From Octopus bimaculoides (Eukaryota), in contig NC_068994.1 of the NCBI RefSeq assembly GCF_001194135.2, positions 42,698,032 to 42,762,031 on the forward strand: 64,000 nt of DNA, written 5' to 3'. The notes under the pieces were generated by a model that saw only the letters and a list, made by a program, of their open reading frames with translations, was not told the DNA's origin and searched no databases. Each line of letters opens with the position of its first letter. Position 1 is the first letter of the stretch. Below, in pieces: positions 27,588 through 39,885 of the stretch. The translations under genes and the position numbers were made by a program.

Positions 27588-27890
27588 CTTCTTTTAGTTT
27601 CCATCTACAATACCCACTCACAAGGCATTGGTCGACCTGAGACTGTCGTAGAAGACACTTATACAAGATGGCATGCTGTGAGACTGAACCCAAAACCATG
27701 AGGATGGAAAGAAAACTTCTTAACCAAAGAAACATGTCTGCAACTATGTGGTTAAGAAGCTCACTTTGCAACCACATGGTTTGGAGTTCAGTCTTACTGC
27801 ATGGCATCTTGATGTCATCTACTATAGCCCTGAGTAGACCAAGATCTTGTGAGTGTCTTTGATAGATAGAAACTGAGTGGACGCCCAATG
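27588..27890. mobile_element. Head-to-head inverted pair of SINE A 5' halves
   Basis: 27588-27740 on minus and 27742-27890 on plus, centred near 27741. Confidence 0.8.
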
Positions 27891-28011
27891 TGTACATATA
27901 TATGTATGAATGTATGTATGTATAAACATATACATATATATACATACATATACATACATGTATATACATACACATATATGTATACATGTATATATATACA
28001 TACATACATAC

Positions 28012-28047
<36 letters not shown>

Positions 28048-28294
28048 NNNNNNNNNNNNNNNNNNNNNNNNNNNNNNNNNNNNNNNNNNNNNNNNNNNNN
28101 NNNNNNNNNNNNNNNNNNNNNNNNNNNNNNNNNNNNNNNNNNNNNNNNNNNNNNNNNNNNNNNNNNNNNNNNNNNNNNNNNNNNNNNNNNNNNNNNNNNN
28201 NNNNNNNNNNNNNNNNNNNNNNNNNNNNNNNNNNNNNNNNNNNNNNNNNNNNNNNNNNNNNNNNNNNNNNNATATATATACACACATATATATA

Positions 28295-29133
28295 TGTGGT
28301 GGTATCAAAAGGTTCCCGGACTAGTTATGTTTAATAAAAAACCTATTTACTTAAGTTTTACCATCGTTTCCTTTGACATCATTTCTTGCTCGCTTTTGAA
28401 ATCCGGTCTGGAAGTTGTTTCCTATAAGTGAGTTGAGGACCTTCTGCAATTCACTCTGGATCTCAGCAACAGTGTTAAAATGGTGACCTTTGAGCTGCAT
28501 TTTCATCTTGGAGAAGAGAGACAGAGGTCTGCATGTGCTAAATCTGGTGAATAAGTTGGGGGTGGAAGCAATAACATGTTGTTTTTGGTGAGAAACTCAT
28601 GAGGGAGGAGAGCTCAGTGAAGAATCCAGTACTATGTGCTCCACAGATCCGGTCACCTTCACCGAATGTCCTACCTCATATGCTTCAAAATATCATTGTA
28701 GAACTCTCGATTGGTGGTCTGGGTGTGAGGGACAAATTCTCAATACACAATACCATATTTCCATGGCTGAGGCTCACAGCAGGTCTTCCAGATTGCTCAT
28801 CATCTTCCAGGGATGTTCTCCTGGTTTTGAAACACCCGTACCACTCAAAACATTGCATACAACTCACTGCCTCATCGCCGAAGTCTCTGTAATATCCATC
28901 CTAAGTTTAATGCAAAATTTCACGTTAGTTCTTTGTTTCTGTCCATGGCAAAATCACAGCATACATGAGATCACAAAAACACAAATTTCACAACTTGCAA
29001 AGGAAACATAGCAATGTCACTCAGTACACTGCCTCATGAAGGTCACTGCTAACTTTAATTTCACACACAACCATGTGCTGCCATCTGTTGGCACACTACA
29101 CAACTAGTCCAAGAACTTTTTGATACTACTTCA
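28295..29133 (-). mobile_element. Internally deleted mariner transposon
   Basis: TIRs TGTGGTGGTATCAAAAGGTTCCCGGACTAGTT (28295-) and AACTAGTCCAAGAACTTTTTGATACTACTTCA (-29133). Minus-strand remnants SCMQCFEWYGCFKTRRTSLEDDEQSGRP (N-terminal HTH) and KMQLKGHHFNTVAEIQSELQKVLNSL (C-terminus). Most of the catalytic domain is absent. Confidence 0.9.
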
Positions 29134-29396
29134 CACACACACACACACGCACACACATAAGTATATATGTATATTTACATATACATACATGCATAAATAT
29201 ATTTACATATGTACATATATACACATGCATATATATACATATGTATATATATATTCAAGTGCACACACACATAAACACATACACACATACGTTCATGCTG
29301 AATTAACCATCATATAATTCTAAATCTGATTTGAAGATTTTATCTGTTTTAAAAGTTACTCCAAAGGCCCTTTACAACTTAACACACAGAACATGC

Positions 29397-29435
<39 letters not shown>

Positions 29436-29850
29436 NNNNNNNNNNNNNNNNNNNNNNNNNNNNNNNNNNNNNNNNNNNNNNNNNNNNNNNNNNNNNNNNN
29501 NNNNNNNNNNNNNNNNNNNNNNNNNNNNNNNNNNNNNAGAAGGTTTGGAGATGATGTACAGATATTATATATTAGAAAAAAATAAGGTATTCAGAGATCT
29601 GGATGGTTGTACATATACAAATATTTATTAACATGACACATGTTTTTACAAATCACATATAAGCACTTTCATCTACACTAATAGATTCTTCAGATTAAAA
29701 TTTTGTGAAGGGATTTGTCTTTTTCTATAGTATTAGTGAATGGGTTGGGGTGGCGAGGGGGGGGGAGTAATGTGGAGTGCGTAGGGTAGGAAAAGAGGGA
29801 GAGGAATGGGGAGATAGTGAAGGGAGAAAGTGAGAGAGGGAGAGAGAGAA

Positions 29851-29887
<37 letters not shown>

Positions 29888-29959
29888 CTGTGTATCTGAA
29901 AGGAAGTGTTTCAAACAAGAGACGAAAAGAAAAGGAAAAGAATACATATTTTTAAATAG

Positions 29960-30745
29960 GTGGCTAGAACAGTTGCTTACTTTGGTTCAGCCAGCTCACC
30001 AGGGGGTCTGAAAGAGTTACCCACGGTTTCGCACCTGCAAAGCTAAAGCCTTGTGGACAGCTTGTCAGACTCTATATGAATACAAAATTTTAAAATATCT
30101 ACGTCGCAGACGTGAGGAAACGTTCAGAACTAGAGGAATATGAAAAGACGTTAATGAGTACAGGTTATTTCCCCTTAAACAGAGGGGAGAAAAACAAAAA
30201 AAAACAAAAAAAACAGCCTAATGATCAAATGGGGAGATCCAATTTTCTAGTAAGCAGCGCTTGAAGTGGATACATTTACAAAATACTTCTTTACGGCTGT
30301 TTAATGCACGAAGCTTCTTAAAATCCTTTAAAATTTTGGCTCTCAATACAGATCTTATAATGGCCACTTCCATTAATATACAGGCCTGGAAAATCAGTTA
30401 ATTTCCACTTGGCATCACACGGTGTTCCTTGATCTTTGAGGTGCCACACATAGCAGGCCAAGGACGTGACAAACCGTCTTTCTGGGACTCTGAAGGATGA
30501 CTGGTGGTTAAGAAAACGTTTCACCAAACCAATATATTTGTCAACATGCGATGTGGCCCTATTCACACTCCTGGTAACATATGGCTCAGGGCTGGTCATC
30601 CCACCAGTGTCGAAGATGAATGTTTGGTCCTTATCTGAGGTGGTGGAACTGGGAATGGCAGATACCACTTCCAAGTCGTTGGTGGTGGACAGGTTATTAT
30701 TTCCAGGTGTGGCATTTGTACTGGTCACTCTATCTGTACTGCTTG

Positions 30746-30750
<5 letters not shown>
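29960..30750 (-). mobile_element. Penelope-like element 3' part with GIY-YIG endonuclease remnant
   Basis: The ORF at 30318-30818(-) contains KYIGLVKRFLNHQSSF...TSLACYVWHLK...KWKL...Y...YKIC. After a frameshift it continues ALNSRKEVFCKCIHFKRCLLEN. These are PLE endonuclease motifs. Confidence 0.8.
30013..30073 (-). ncRNA. Degenerate type I hammerhead ribozyme motif
   Basis: AGAGU-CUGACAA-G...C-GAAACC-GUG-GGUA-ACUCU. Stem I perfect, stem III ACC/GGU, core G8 changed to A, stem II poorly paired. Confidence 0.5.
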
Positions 30751-30786
<36 letters not shown>

Positions 30787-30859
30787 TGTGTGATAATATA
30801 TATATTTATATAATACATATATATAATATATATATATATATAAATGTATGCCTATATGA

Positions 30860-31235
30860 TGGGCTTCCACATCATCATCCTCTCATCATCATCATCCTCA
30901 TCATCCTCATCATCATCATCATCATCATTTATCGTCTGCTTTCCATGCTGATATGGGTTGAAAAGTTTGACAGGAGTTGGCCAAGTAGAAGACTGCTCAG
31001 ACTTATATGTCTGTTTTGGCATGGTTTTTTATGACTAGATGCCCTTCCTAACACCAACCACACTGGCAGGGTCACCAAGTAACTCACAAAACAAAGATCC
31101 TTTGAAAGGGAAGGGGACATTGGAGGACGTGATCTTGTGCCCGATGATGAAAAGTTAGAGTGCGATAGACAGACAGTGAGACATAGAGATAGAAACAGGT
31201 GTGTTACCTTAAAGATGGTACATGGTTACCTGGCC
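30860..31235 (-). mobile_element. RTE LINE 3' UTR fragment
   Basis: (CAT)n tail at 30870-30930 followed by the reverse complement of the 3' UTR seen at 52900-53360. Confidence 0.7.
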
Positions 31236-31844
31236 AGAGAGAGAGAGAAAGAAAGTGAGAGGGAAAGATCAAGAATGAGGACAGAAACAAGTGTATTATT
31301 GTAGAGGAGATACATGGTTATCCAACTAGAGGGATGAGCAAGAAAAAGAACGAGAGAGAGTGGAAGACAGCAAGTGTGCAAGAGAGAGTGGAGAGAGATG
31401 GTGGTGAAGTGCCAGGGCATACTCATAAGGAGCGGGGATCAGAATAAACACGGGATGGTAGAGTAAAAGAAGGGAGAGATAGATGGTGGCAAATGCCAGG
31501 GCATATCCTGAAGGTATGGACATCATAATATAAGTGGCAAGATATTGCCAAAGAAGCGCGAGTAAGTTGTACAGACTTCACATGGATGGGTTTGTGTGTA
31601 TGTGTGTGTGTGATGACCCATGAAGACAGCTTTCTGAATATTTTTTAACTTTTAATTATATTAGTTAAGAGAGAACGAGACTGACTTTTTGGCCCTGTAT
31701 ATGACTCCTACGGCATGTAATTCCTGTGATGCAACAGAATCTAACTCATCTATTATTCATATAATTAATAGTCGCCTATAAGTAGAGTAACTCTTAATTA
31801 ATTCTATGTCTTTTTTATCCTTCAGTTTGTTTTTTCTAAATCTT

Positions 31845-32195
31845 TTTAGTTGTTTCAGTCATTGATCTGTGGCCATGGTGGAGCACTGCCGTCAAGAGTT
31901 TAGCTAAACATATTAACCTCCAGTACCTATTTTTTTTTCTTAATCTGGGACGTATTCTATTGGCTTCTTTTGTCAAACTGCTCAGTTATGGTGGGGTGGG
32001 GGCCTAAACAAACCAACACCAGTAATAAAGTCGCGTGGGAGACAAACACAAAGACTCATACACACACGCACACACACAGAATTTCTGTCTGCCAAATTCA
32101 CTCAGAATGCGTTGGTCAGCCTTGTTGAAGACATATGCCCAAGGTGCCACGTAGTGGAACTGTAATTCGAGAACCACAATTCCTACCATACATCC
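31845..32195 (-). mobile_element. SINE family A
   Basis: Tail TTGTTTCAGTCATTG...GGAGCACTGCC and head remnant to about 32195. Confidence 0.65.
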
Positions 32196-32787
32196 GCATC
32201 TGCGCCTTTTATAATTCACATATTCAAATCGAAACAAAAGCGTTTACTGATTTACACACTCAAATGTATACCCACACATCCATACTGCCTCGTACATAAA
32301 CACAAATATTCTTACACATTAAAAAACCGTTATAATACAAACATACACGACCACATACAAACACGTAGGCCCTCTTACTCAAAAACCTTTAGAGGCATAC
32401 GCATACTTGCATACATTGATACTCACACGCATATATCTTACTCAAACAAGCACATTAAACATTTAAAAACGTTTTCAGCACACAACAACATACACTTTTC
32501 GCACACGTTTCGAACGATGTGTAACAATTTTTGTCATGTTTCTTCCGCAATTGTACAAAATAAAACCTCATATCTCGGATGTTACGAGAGAAAATGATCA
32601 CGAAATAATTACTACAATCATGGATCAGATATAAAAACAATAAGATTTTAGTTGAATTTCTTATAAAGTTTTATCGTTTCGCTTCCTTTAAATTTTTATT
32701 TTCAAATGTTATGTTTTCCAAACTGATTATTTTAGATTAAATATCGCAGCTTTAACTCACGCACACAGTGAAGTTAACAAGAGTTAC

Positions 32788-32820
32788 CTCCCCGGTATTT
32801 CTCGAATCAGAATCTGCCAT
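32788..32820 (-). CDS. Candidate first coding exon MADSDSRNTGE (unverified)
   Basis: ATG at 32820(-), 11 codons, donor GAG|GTAACT, inside the CpG-rich zone. No homology recognised. Confidence 0.2.
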
Positions 32821-35759
32821 CACTACACAACGCAAATGTCTTGCTTTATTGATTTGGGTTTCTCTATGCAGCCAAATAGCAGTCGCCTGTTTGTGCAGCT
32901 AAGAACAGCATAAAGGAGTCATTATTTCACTGGTTCCAGTCATTGCTCTGCAGCTGTGCTATGGTGTTGCTTTAACTAAGGTTTTCGTTAGTCATATCGA
33001 CCCCCAACTCTTATTTTCATCGATGTCATGAGATGAAATGTCAAGGACATACTGAGTTAAAGGGAAATAACTCCGTCGAACATGAAGTACTGCAAGATAT
33101 CTGCTCAGAAGAACAGACTTCGAAGGCGTGTAGGCGCTACACATGTTTCTGCACACACACACATACATACATATATATACATACGAATTTTGACATTTAA
33201 TGTCAAACATAGGCAAAGGGCCTTAAATTCTGCGTAGCCTAAAATAAATTAAATCGGCACTAATACTTAACTAGCACTTAATTATATCGACTCGTAAATG
33301 ACGAAAGGCACAGTTGAACTCAACGTAAAACGCTGTAACAAAGTAACATGGAGCGGTTCGTCAAGCGCCCCTCGTCTTCCGTCAATCTATCGCAATTACC
33401 TCCCTTATATTCGTCGGCATCTGATCAAGAGAATCCATCATCATAAATAATTGTTCTCATAAACAACGTAATTTTTGTGTTCGTGAACACATGGATGTAG
33501 GCATGAGAATTTTTATGAGCAACCACTTGGTCCTGGATTTCAATTCCAAAGTGTGGTACTTTAGGCAATTGTCTACAGTGAAAATTGGTTATACTAGTCA
33601 AAATGCCTGAGATAGTAAGTTTAATGAAGCTTGTCATACACACACGCACACGCACACACACACACACATACATGCATGCATACATACATACATACACACA
33701 TATCCCAACTCCGCTTGACAGCCGATGCTGGTTAGTTTACGTTCCCGTGACGTAGCGCTTCGGTAAATAGGTTGCAATAGAATAAATGCCGGACTTTAAA
33801 AAAGTACTTGAATCGATTTGTTGGACTAAATCCTTCGAGGCGTTGCTCCAGCATGGCTGCAGTCTAATAAATGAACGAAGCAAAAGATAAACGATGTGTA
33901 TGTGTGTGCGTGCGTAGGTGTGTGTATGTGTCTGTCTCTACGCACGCGCGTGCGTTAATAAATATCGTTGTAAATTGCTATGAATCGAGTTGCGTCCCTT
34001 CATATTGGAAAGGCAAGCTTAGTTATTCATAAAATAAGGAGTGCCGTAAGAATATCCAACTGAAATAAGTATAGATGTTGATATGATGGTCTATATANNN
34101 NNNNNNNNNNNNNNNNNNNNNNNNNNNNNNNNNNNNNNNNNNNNNNNNNNNNNNNNNNNNNNNNNNNNNNNNNNNNNNNNNNNNNNNNNNNNNNNNNNNN
34201 NNNNNNNNNNNNNNNNNNNNNNNNNNNNNNNNNNNNNNNNNNNNNNNNNNNNNNNNNNNNNNNNNNNNNNNNNNNNNNNNNNNNNNNNNNNNNNNNNNNN
34301 NNNNNNNNNNNNNNNNNNNNNNNNNNNNNNNNNNNNNNNNNNNNNNNNNNNNNNNNNNNNNNNNNNNNNNNNNNNNNNNNNNNNNNNNNNNNNNNNNNNN
34401 NNNNNNNNNNNNNNNNNNNNNNNNNNNNNNNNNNNNNNNNNNNNNNNNNNNNNNNNNNNNNNNNNNNNNNNNNNNNNNNNNNNNNNNNNNNNNNNNNNNN
34501 NNNNNNNNNNNNNNNNNNNNNNNNNNNNNNNNNNNNNNNNNNNNNNNNNNNNNNNNNNNNNNNNNNNNNNNNNNNNNNNNNNNNNNNNNNNNNNNNNNNN
34601 NNNNNNNNNNNNNNNNNNNNNNNNNNNNNNNNNNNNNNNNNNNNNNNNNNNNNNNNNNNNNNNNNNNNNNNNNNNNNNNNNNNNNNNNNNNNNNNNNNNN
34701 NNNNNNNNNNNNNNNNNNNNNNNNNNNNNNNNNNNNNNNNATATATGGATAAATATTTGTGATTAAGAATTTTGCTTCAAATGGCACGAAGTTCTGAAGA
34801 CTGGAGATCTAAAACTCAGAAATTGGAGACATTTTAGCTTCCAATACATCATCATCGTCGTCGTCTTCGTCATCACCGTCGTCATCGTCATCGTCATCAT
34901 CTTAATCCGTTTTCCATACTGACATGAGTTGGACGGTTTGGCAGGAACTGGCAAGTAAGATGACTGTGCCAAGCTCTACAGTCTCTTTTGGCATGGTCTC
35001 TACGGTTTTCAGTAAATTAATATCGATAAAAAATGTACACAATGTTGAGAAGTACCAATAAACTAGTACTTTCAATGAAAAAAAAAAATACCTTGTTATA
35101 GTTGCTCCGCCGAGTTGCACAAATGTTAGGTCCCTTTCACAGAAAGAATATTATACAAAATATAATAGATCAATAAATCATTGCCATAGAAAATGGATAA
35201 TCGTGTGTACATATATAGAAATATGAGTGAACTAGAGCGTGTGTGTGTCTGCCTGCATATGTGCATTAATATGTGTGCACATATATATGCATGTATGTGT
35301 GTGTGAGAGAGAGAGGGGAGTGAGAGAGAGAGGGGGGAGAACAAGAGAGGGAAATGAAAGAGAGAGAGAGGGGGAGAACAATAGAGGGAAGTGAGAGAGA
35401 AAGGGAGAACAAGAGAGGGTTAGAGAGATAGAGAGAGTCGGTGTTGTGAAGCGTGCGCGCACGTGTGTGTCAATATATAAAAGACACACACGCATACGAA
35501 GTAAAGAGTTAACCCCACTTGGATCACTTGCCGCGGGTTTTTAATTTTTTTCCTTCGTGACTGGCCGCCCATACTTTTTTTCTGCAAAATAGGGGTAGCT
35601 TACACCGTTTAGGCTATATTATTAGCATTATCCTGCGTTTGAGAATTTAAAATCACTTCTTTAACTTTCTAAGACATCTCAACGCTTCTAAAAGCAAACT
35701 TTGTTTGTTTACGTTTATTGTAATTTGAATTTAACATATTGATTATAGTATATGTGCGA

Positions 35760-35985
35760 AGACGGCGAGTTAACAGAATCGTTAACACGCCAAGCAAAAT
35801 GCTTAGCGACTTCCCGTCCGTTTTTATCTTGAGTTCAAATTTCGCCTTTTTTTTTTTTTTTCCAAGGTCTTTCATTTTTTCAAGGTAAATAAAACAAATA
35901 CCAGTTGAACCCTGGGGGTGATGTAATCGACTTGCCCACTCCCCAGACTTGCTGGCCCTGTGCCAAAATTTGATACCAATATATA
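35760..35985 (+). mobile_element. SINE family B with CpGs retained
   Basis: GACGGCGAGTTAACAGAATCGTTAACACGCC...CCAAAATTTGATACCAATA. Confidence 0.8.
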
Positions 35986-37970
35986 TGCATATGTGATGAA
36001 ATGGAAAATTTAAATAGGAAACAGATTTTAAAATTATATCAAAACCTTAAGTTAGTCCTAGATAAAATTAGTTAATGTTCTTTTATTCTTTTACTTGTCT
36101 CGGTCATGTGACTGCAGCTATGCTGGAGCACCACCTAATGGCAGTAAAATCATCACACAATAGTCAAAACTATTGAAAGGAGCTATGTCCATCATCCTTA
36201 AGAAATTTTTTTTTTAATATTATCAAACTAAGGCACCATAACTTCACTATCTGACTTGAAAAATCACACAGGTAAGCAGAAGTGTTTCTAAAATATTTTC
36301 AAAATTATGATTCATTCATTCAATTTCTTCAACTAATTAAGCCGTTTTTTTGTTGTTTTTTTAATGAAGGAACCCCACTCCTCTACTCAATGATTAAAAG
36401 AGCAGAATTAGTTTCATTACAAACGTTTTAGTTTCAGAACAGAAATTAATCCTATCTACTAGTACAGAGACACATATCCAACAGCCTTTAATAATATTCT
36501 ATTAATCAGTTTCCTGGCCTCTAGCTTTCAATAAAGTACTAATAAACAGAGTTCTCTTATTAGAAATATCATTTTTGTTTGTTTGTTTGAGAGATGAACT
36601 CAGCAAATCCTATGCAAACAAGTTTAGGAGAGGAGTGTTTCTAAATAAAATCTGAGAGAGCCTTAGGGCTGGGGTCAAGATAAATAATATCCTTTGGATA
36701 TTATTGCTCTCTTGTGCTCTAGGTTTTACTGAGCTGGTTATTCAGTTTCCATGATGTACAAGTGACTGAGATCATAACAATTTCTTTGAACTGGATGTCA
36801 GTCTATCATAGGGTTAATCATTCACAGGTGAGTGGACTGGAGCAACAAGAAACGAAATGTTTTGCTCAAGAAAACAATGCTTTGCCTGGCCAGGGAATTG
36901 AAATCACGATGTTGCAATTGTGCAATTGTTAGTACAACATCCTAACCACTAAGCTACGTGCTATTAGTGATCATAAAACCATGCCAAAAACAGACTAAGC
37001 AAAACATGCCATACACAACAAAGACTGGCAGTTGTTGCTGTTGCTCTTTAGTTCCAGATCCGTCCTAATTGAGTACACCTTCTCCTCAACTTACAACCAG
37101 GTTCTGTTCAGACTGACAGGTCGTAAGTCAATCTGGTCGTATGTCAGATTGATATTTTTCAACACTATTTTCATTCATGCAACTGACCCTTGAAAGCAAC
37201 TGAGTGAGAGACAGTAGCAAGCAGTGCATGCCTGGGTCTGAAGGAGGCCTGTGTTGCCAGATACTGCCATAGTTATCATATGCGCAGCTACTCAACGTCT
37301 AAAAATCGATTCTTTAATCAATTTATTTCGTTATAGCTTATTTTTTGTGGTCATAAGTCAAGGAGAAGGTGTATATTTATAACCATAGGCATTCCATTCT
37401 ATAATCAAAGACATTCCAAGTCTGTATGGTCCATCCTGACTTTTGTATATCTCAGGCTCCAACATCCAGTGTGTTGCGCTTTTTCAAAGATGGAGGCAAG
37501 TGATGTGAGGTAGTATTCCTTTTCTATTTCTAGCATGTCAAATGACCATGTAAAGCAGGCATGGACAACTATTTCTCAAGAAGTAGGCTGTATGAAATTT
37601 GACTCATCATCAGGTATCACATGCACCACACTATTAAAAAAATTCAATGTAATTTTTTATTTGCCCTACAGTTCAGAGAGTCCCATGGGATATGGGTTGC
37701 CCATAACCAGTCAAGGTTCCTTTGTCACATAATAAAATGTAACTGATAATTTTCTCTGTTACTATGTGTGCCAGGTTAATAATGTTACTGACCTTTCCAT
37801 GGTTAGGGACCAATGGTTAAACTGAACTCTCCAGTATTGAGTGTATTTGTCAGGGTTAGTAAATAAAGAGCTAATCCTGTCCTAGGACTGATTCTTCTGT
37901 CTGTCTGTTTGTCTAGTTATATTGTGGTTGTTGATTAAGATTGTTCTAAAGTTATATTGTATTCACAAAA

Positions 37971-38011
37971 ATGTTATCATCTGATGTCAACGGAGAACCT
38001 TTCACAATCAA
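37971..38011 (+). CDS. Candidate coding exon MLSSDVNGEPFTI (unverified)
   Basis: AAAAATG context, donor CAA|GTAAGT, possible acceptor TGTCTAG| at 37916. No homology recognised. Confidence 0.2.
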
Positions 38012-38714
38012 GTAAGTTGTCCACCTGGTGGTAGACACCTGTGACTCATCAGTTCTATTTGGGAGATACCATTACATATCCATATGCAGCACAGCTCATA
38101 ATCAAGGCTGCCAACTGATTCCAATGTGAAGGTATATGTTCAAGTGGCTAGCGTTTGGCTTGTGTTCATAAGGTTGCAGGTTCAATTCCAGGACTGGGTG
38201 GTACATTGCATTCACAAGCAAGACACTTCCTGTCATATTGCTCCAATACATTCAACTGAAATGAGTACTGGCTGGGTGCTGGTGCCACCCTCCCTCTTCA
38301 GCTGCTTTGCTTGGACAGGGGTCTGAGAAAGGAGAACCAAATGAGTGATTACATCTGCCTAAGATTACACAGGGACTTAAAATAATAAGCAAAAGCATGG
38401 TATATTCTCACATACAAATAATGGCTAACTATATGTTATTTAAATACTGTAAGGTAAAATACTAAAGTCTTTGTCTTTTTTCTTTTATTTTTCAACCATT
38501 GCTTCAGTCATTGGACTGCAACCGTGCTGGAGCACCACCTTGAAGGGTGTAGGTTAACAAATCAACCGTAATACTTATTCTTTTTTTTTTTTTTTTTTAG
38601 CTTGATGCTTATTTTTTTTCCTTAAACTGGATGTAAGTCTAAGGGATATATTCAGAAACTAATGCCTATTGTCAAGTGATTGTGGGAAAGACAAGCTCAA
38701 AGATACATACTCAT

Positions 38715-38748
<34 letters not shown>

Positions 38749-38751
<3 letters not shown>

Positions 38752-38975
38752 TGCATGCATGTATGTATGTATCTATAAACACACACACGTGCATGTGTAT
38801 GTATGTATCTATAAATACACATGCATGTATGTATGTATCTATACACAAACACACACATGCATATATGTATATTTCTACACACACACACACAGATGCATGT
38901 ATGTATGCATTTATACACACACACAGACACATGCATGCATGTATGTATCCATACACACACACACATGCATACACT
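38749..38975. repeat. Minisatellite of about 30-36 bp built from microsatellite blocks
   Basis: About 7 units of GCATGTATGTATGTATCTATA(CA)n. Confidence 0.8.
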
Positions 38976-39477
38976 CATACAGGCATACATGCGCACACAT
39001 ATATATGGCAGGCTTCCACACAGACTGTCTATTAAATTCACTCACAAGGCTGTAGTAGAAGACACTTGCTCAAGGTGCCATGCTGCAGAACTGAACCCAA
39101 AACTACATAGTTGCAAAGTGAACTTCTTGCCCACACAGCCATACCTGCACCATTACAGGCATTACACGAAATGAGTTCAAATTCTGTTGTGGCCAGCTTT
39201 GCCTTTCACCTCTGAAGTTGCTAAAGTAAAGTGCCAATCAAATATGGGGTCGGTGTACTTCGCTATATACCTTGCACAAATTTCAACAGAATAAGATGAT
39301 TGGACAATGCTGCTTGGACACCAATGGTTTAGCAAGGCTAACTGGACATTCAGCCTGCTTGGGTGACATGTTTTGGCACTAAAAGCAAACACACATGCTT
39401 GTGCGCGCACACGCGCGCGCATGCACACACACACACACACACACAAACGCACACACATACACACACACATATACACA

Positions 39478-39885
39478 GGTGCAGGTGTGGCTGTGTGGTA
39501 AGAAGCTTGCTTCACAGTCACAGGATTCTGGGTTCAGTCCCACTGCATGGCACTTTGGGAAAGTGTCTTCTACTACAGCTTTAGGCTGACCAAAACCTTG
39601 TAAGCAGAATTGGCAGATGGAAACTAAACGAAGTCCATTGAGTGTACTTGCGTGTGTGTATGTATGTATATGAGTTTGTGTCTGTGTTTGTCACCCACCA
39701 CTACCACCACCACTTAACAGCCAGTGCTGATATACTTACATCCCCATAACTTAGCAGTTCAGAATAAGTACCACACTTAAAGAAAATATAAGTACTACGC
39801 TCAATTCATTCAACCAAAATTCTTTGAAGGCAGTGCTCCAGCATGGCTGCAGTCTAATGACTGAAATTAGTAAAAGATAAAACAT
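39478..39885 (+). mobile_element. SINE family A, near full length
   Basis: GGTGCAGGTGTGGCTGTGTGGTAAGAAGCTTGCTT...GTGCTCCAGCATGGCTGCAGTCTAATGACTGAAA. An inverted copy lies at about 39000-39150. Confidence 0.85.

Larger units (their letters stand above)
32000..36000. promoter_or_regulatory. CpG-retaining, promoter-like zone
   Basis: CpG is visibly more frequent in both unique DNA and SINE copies here than elsewhere. TATATAAAAG at 35474-35483 follows a CG-rich stretch. Not quantified. Confidence 0.45.
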
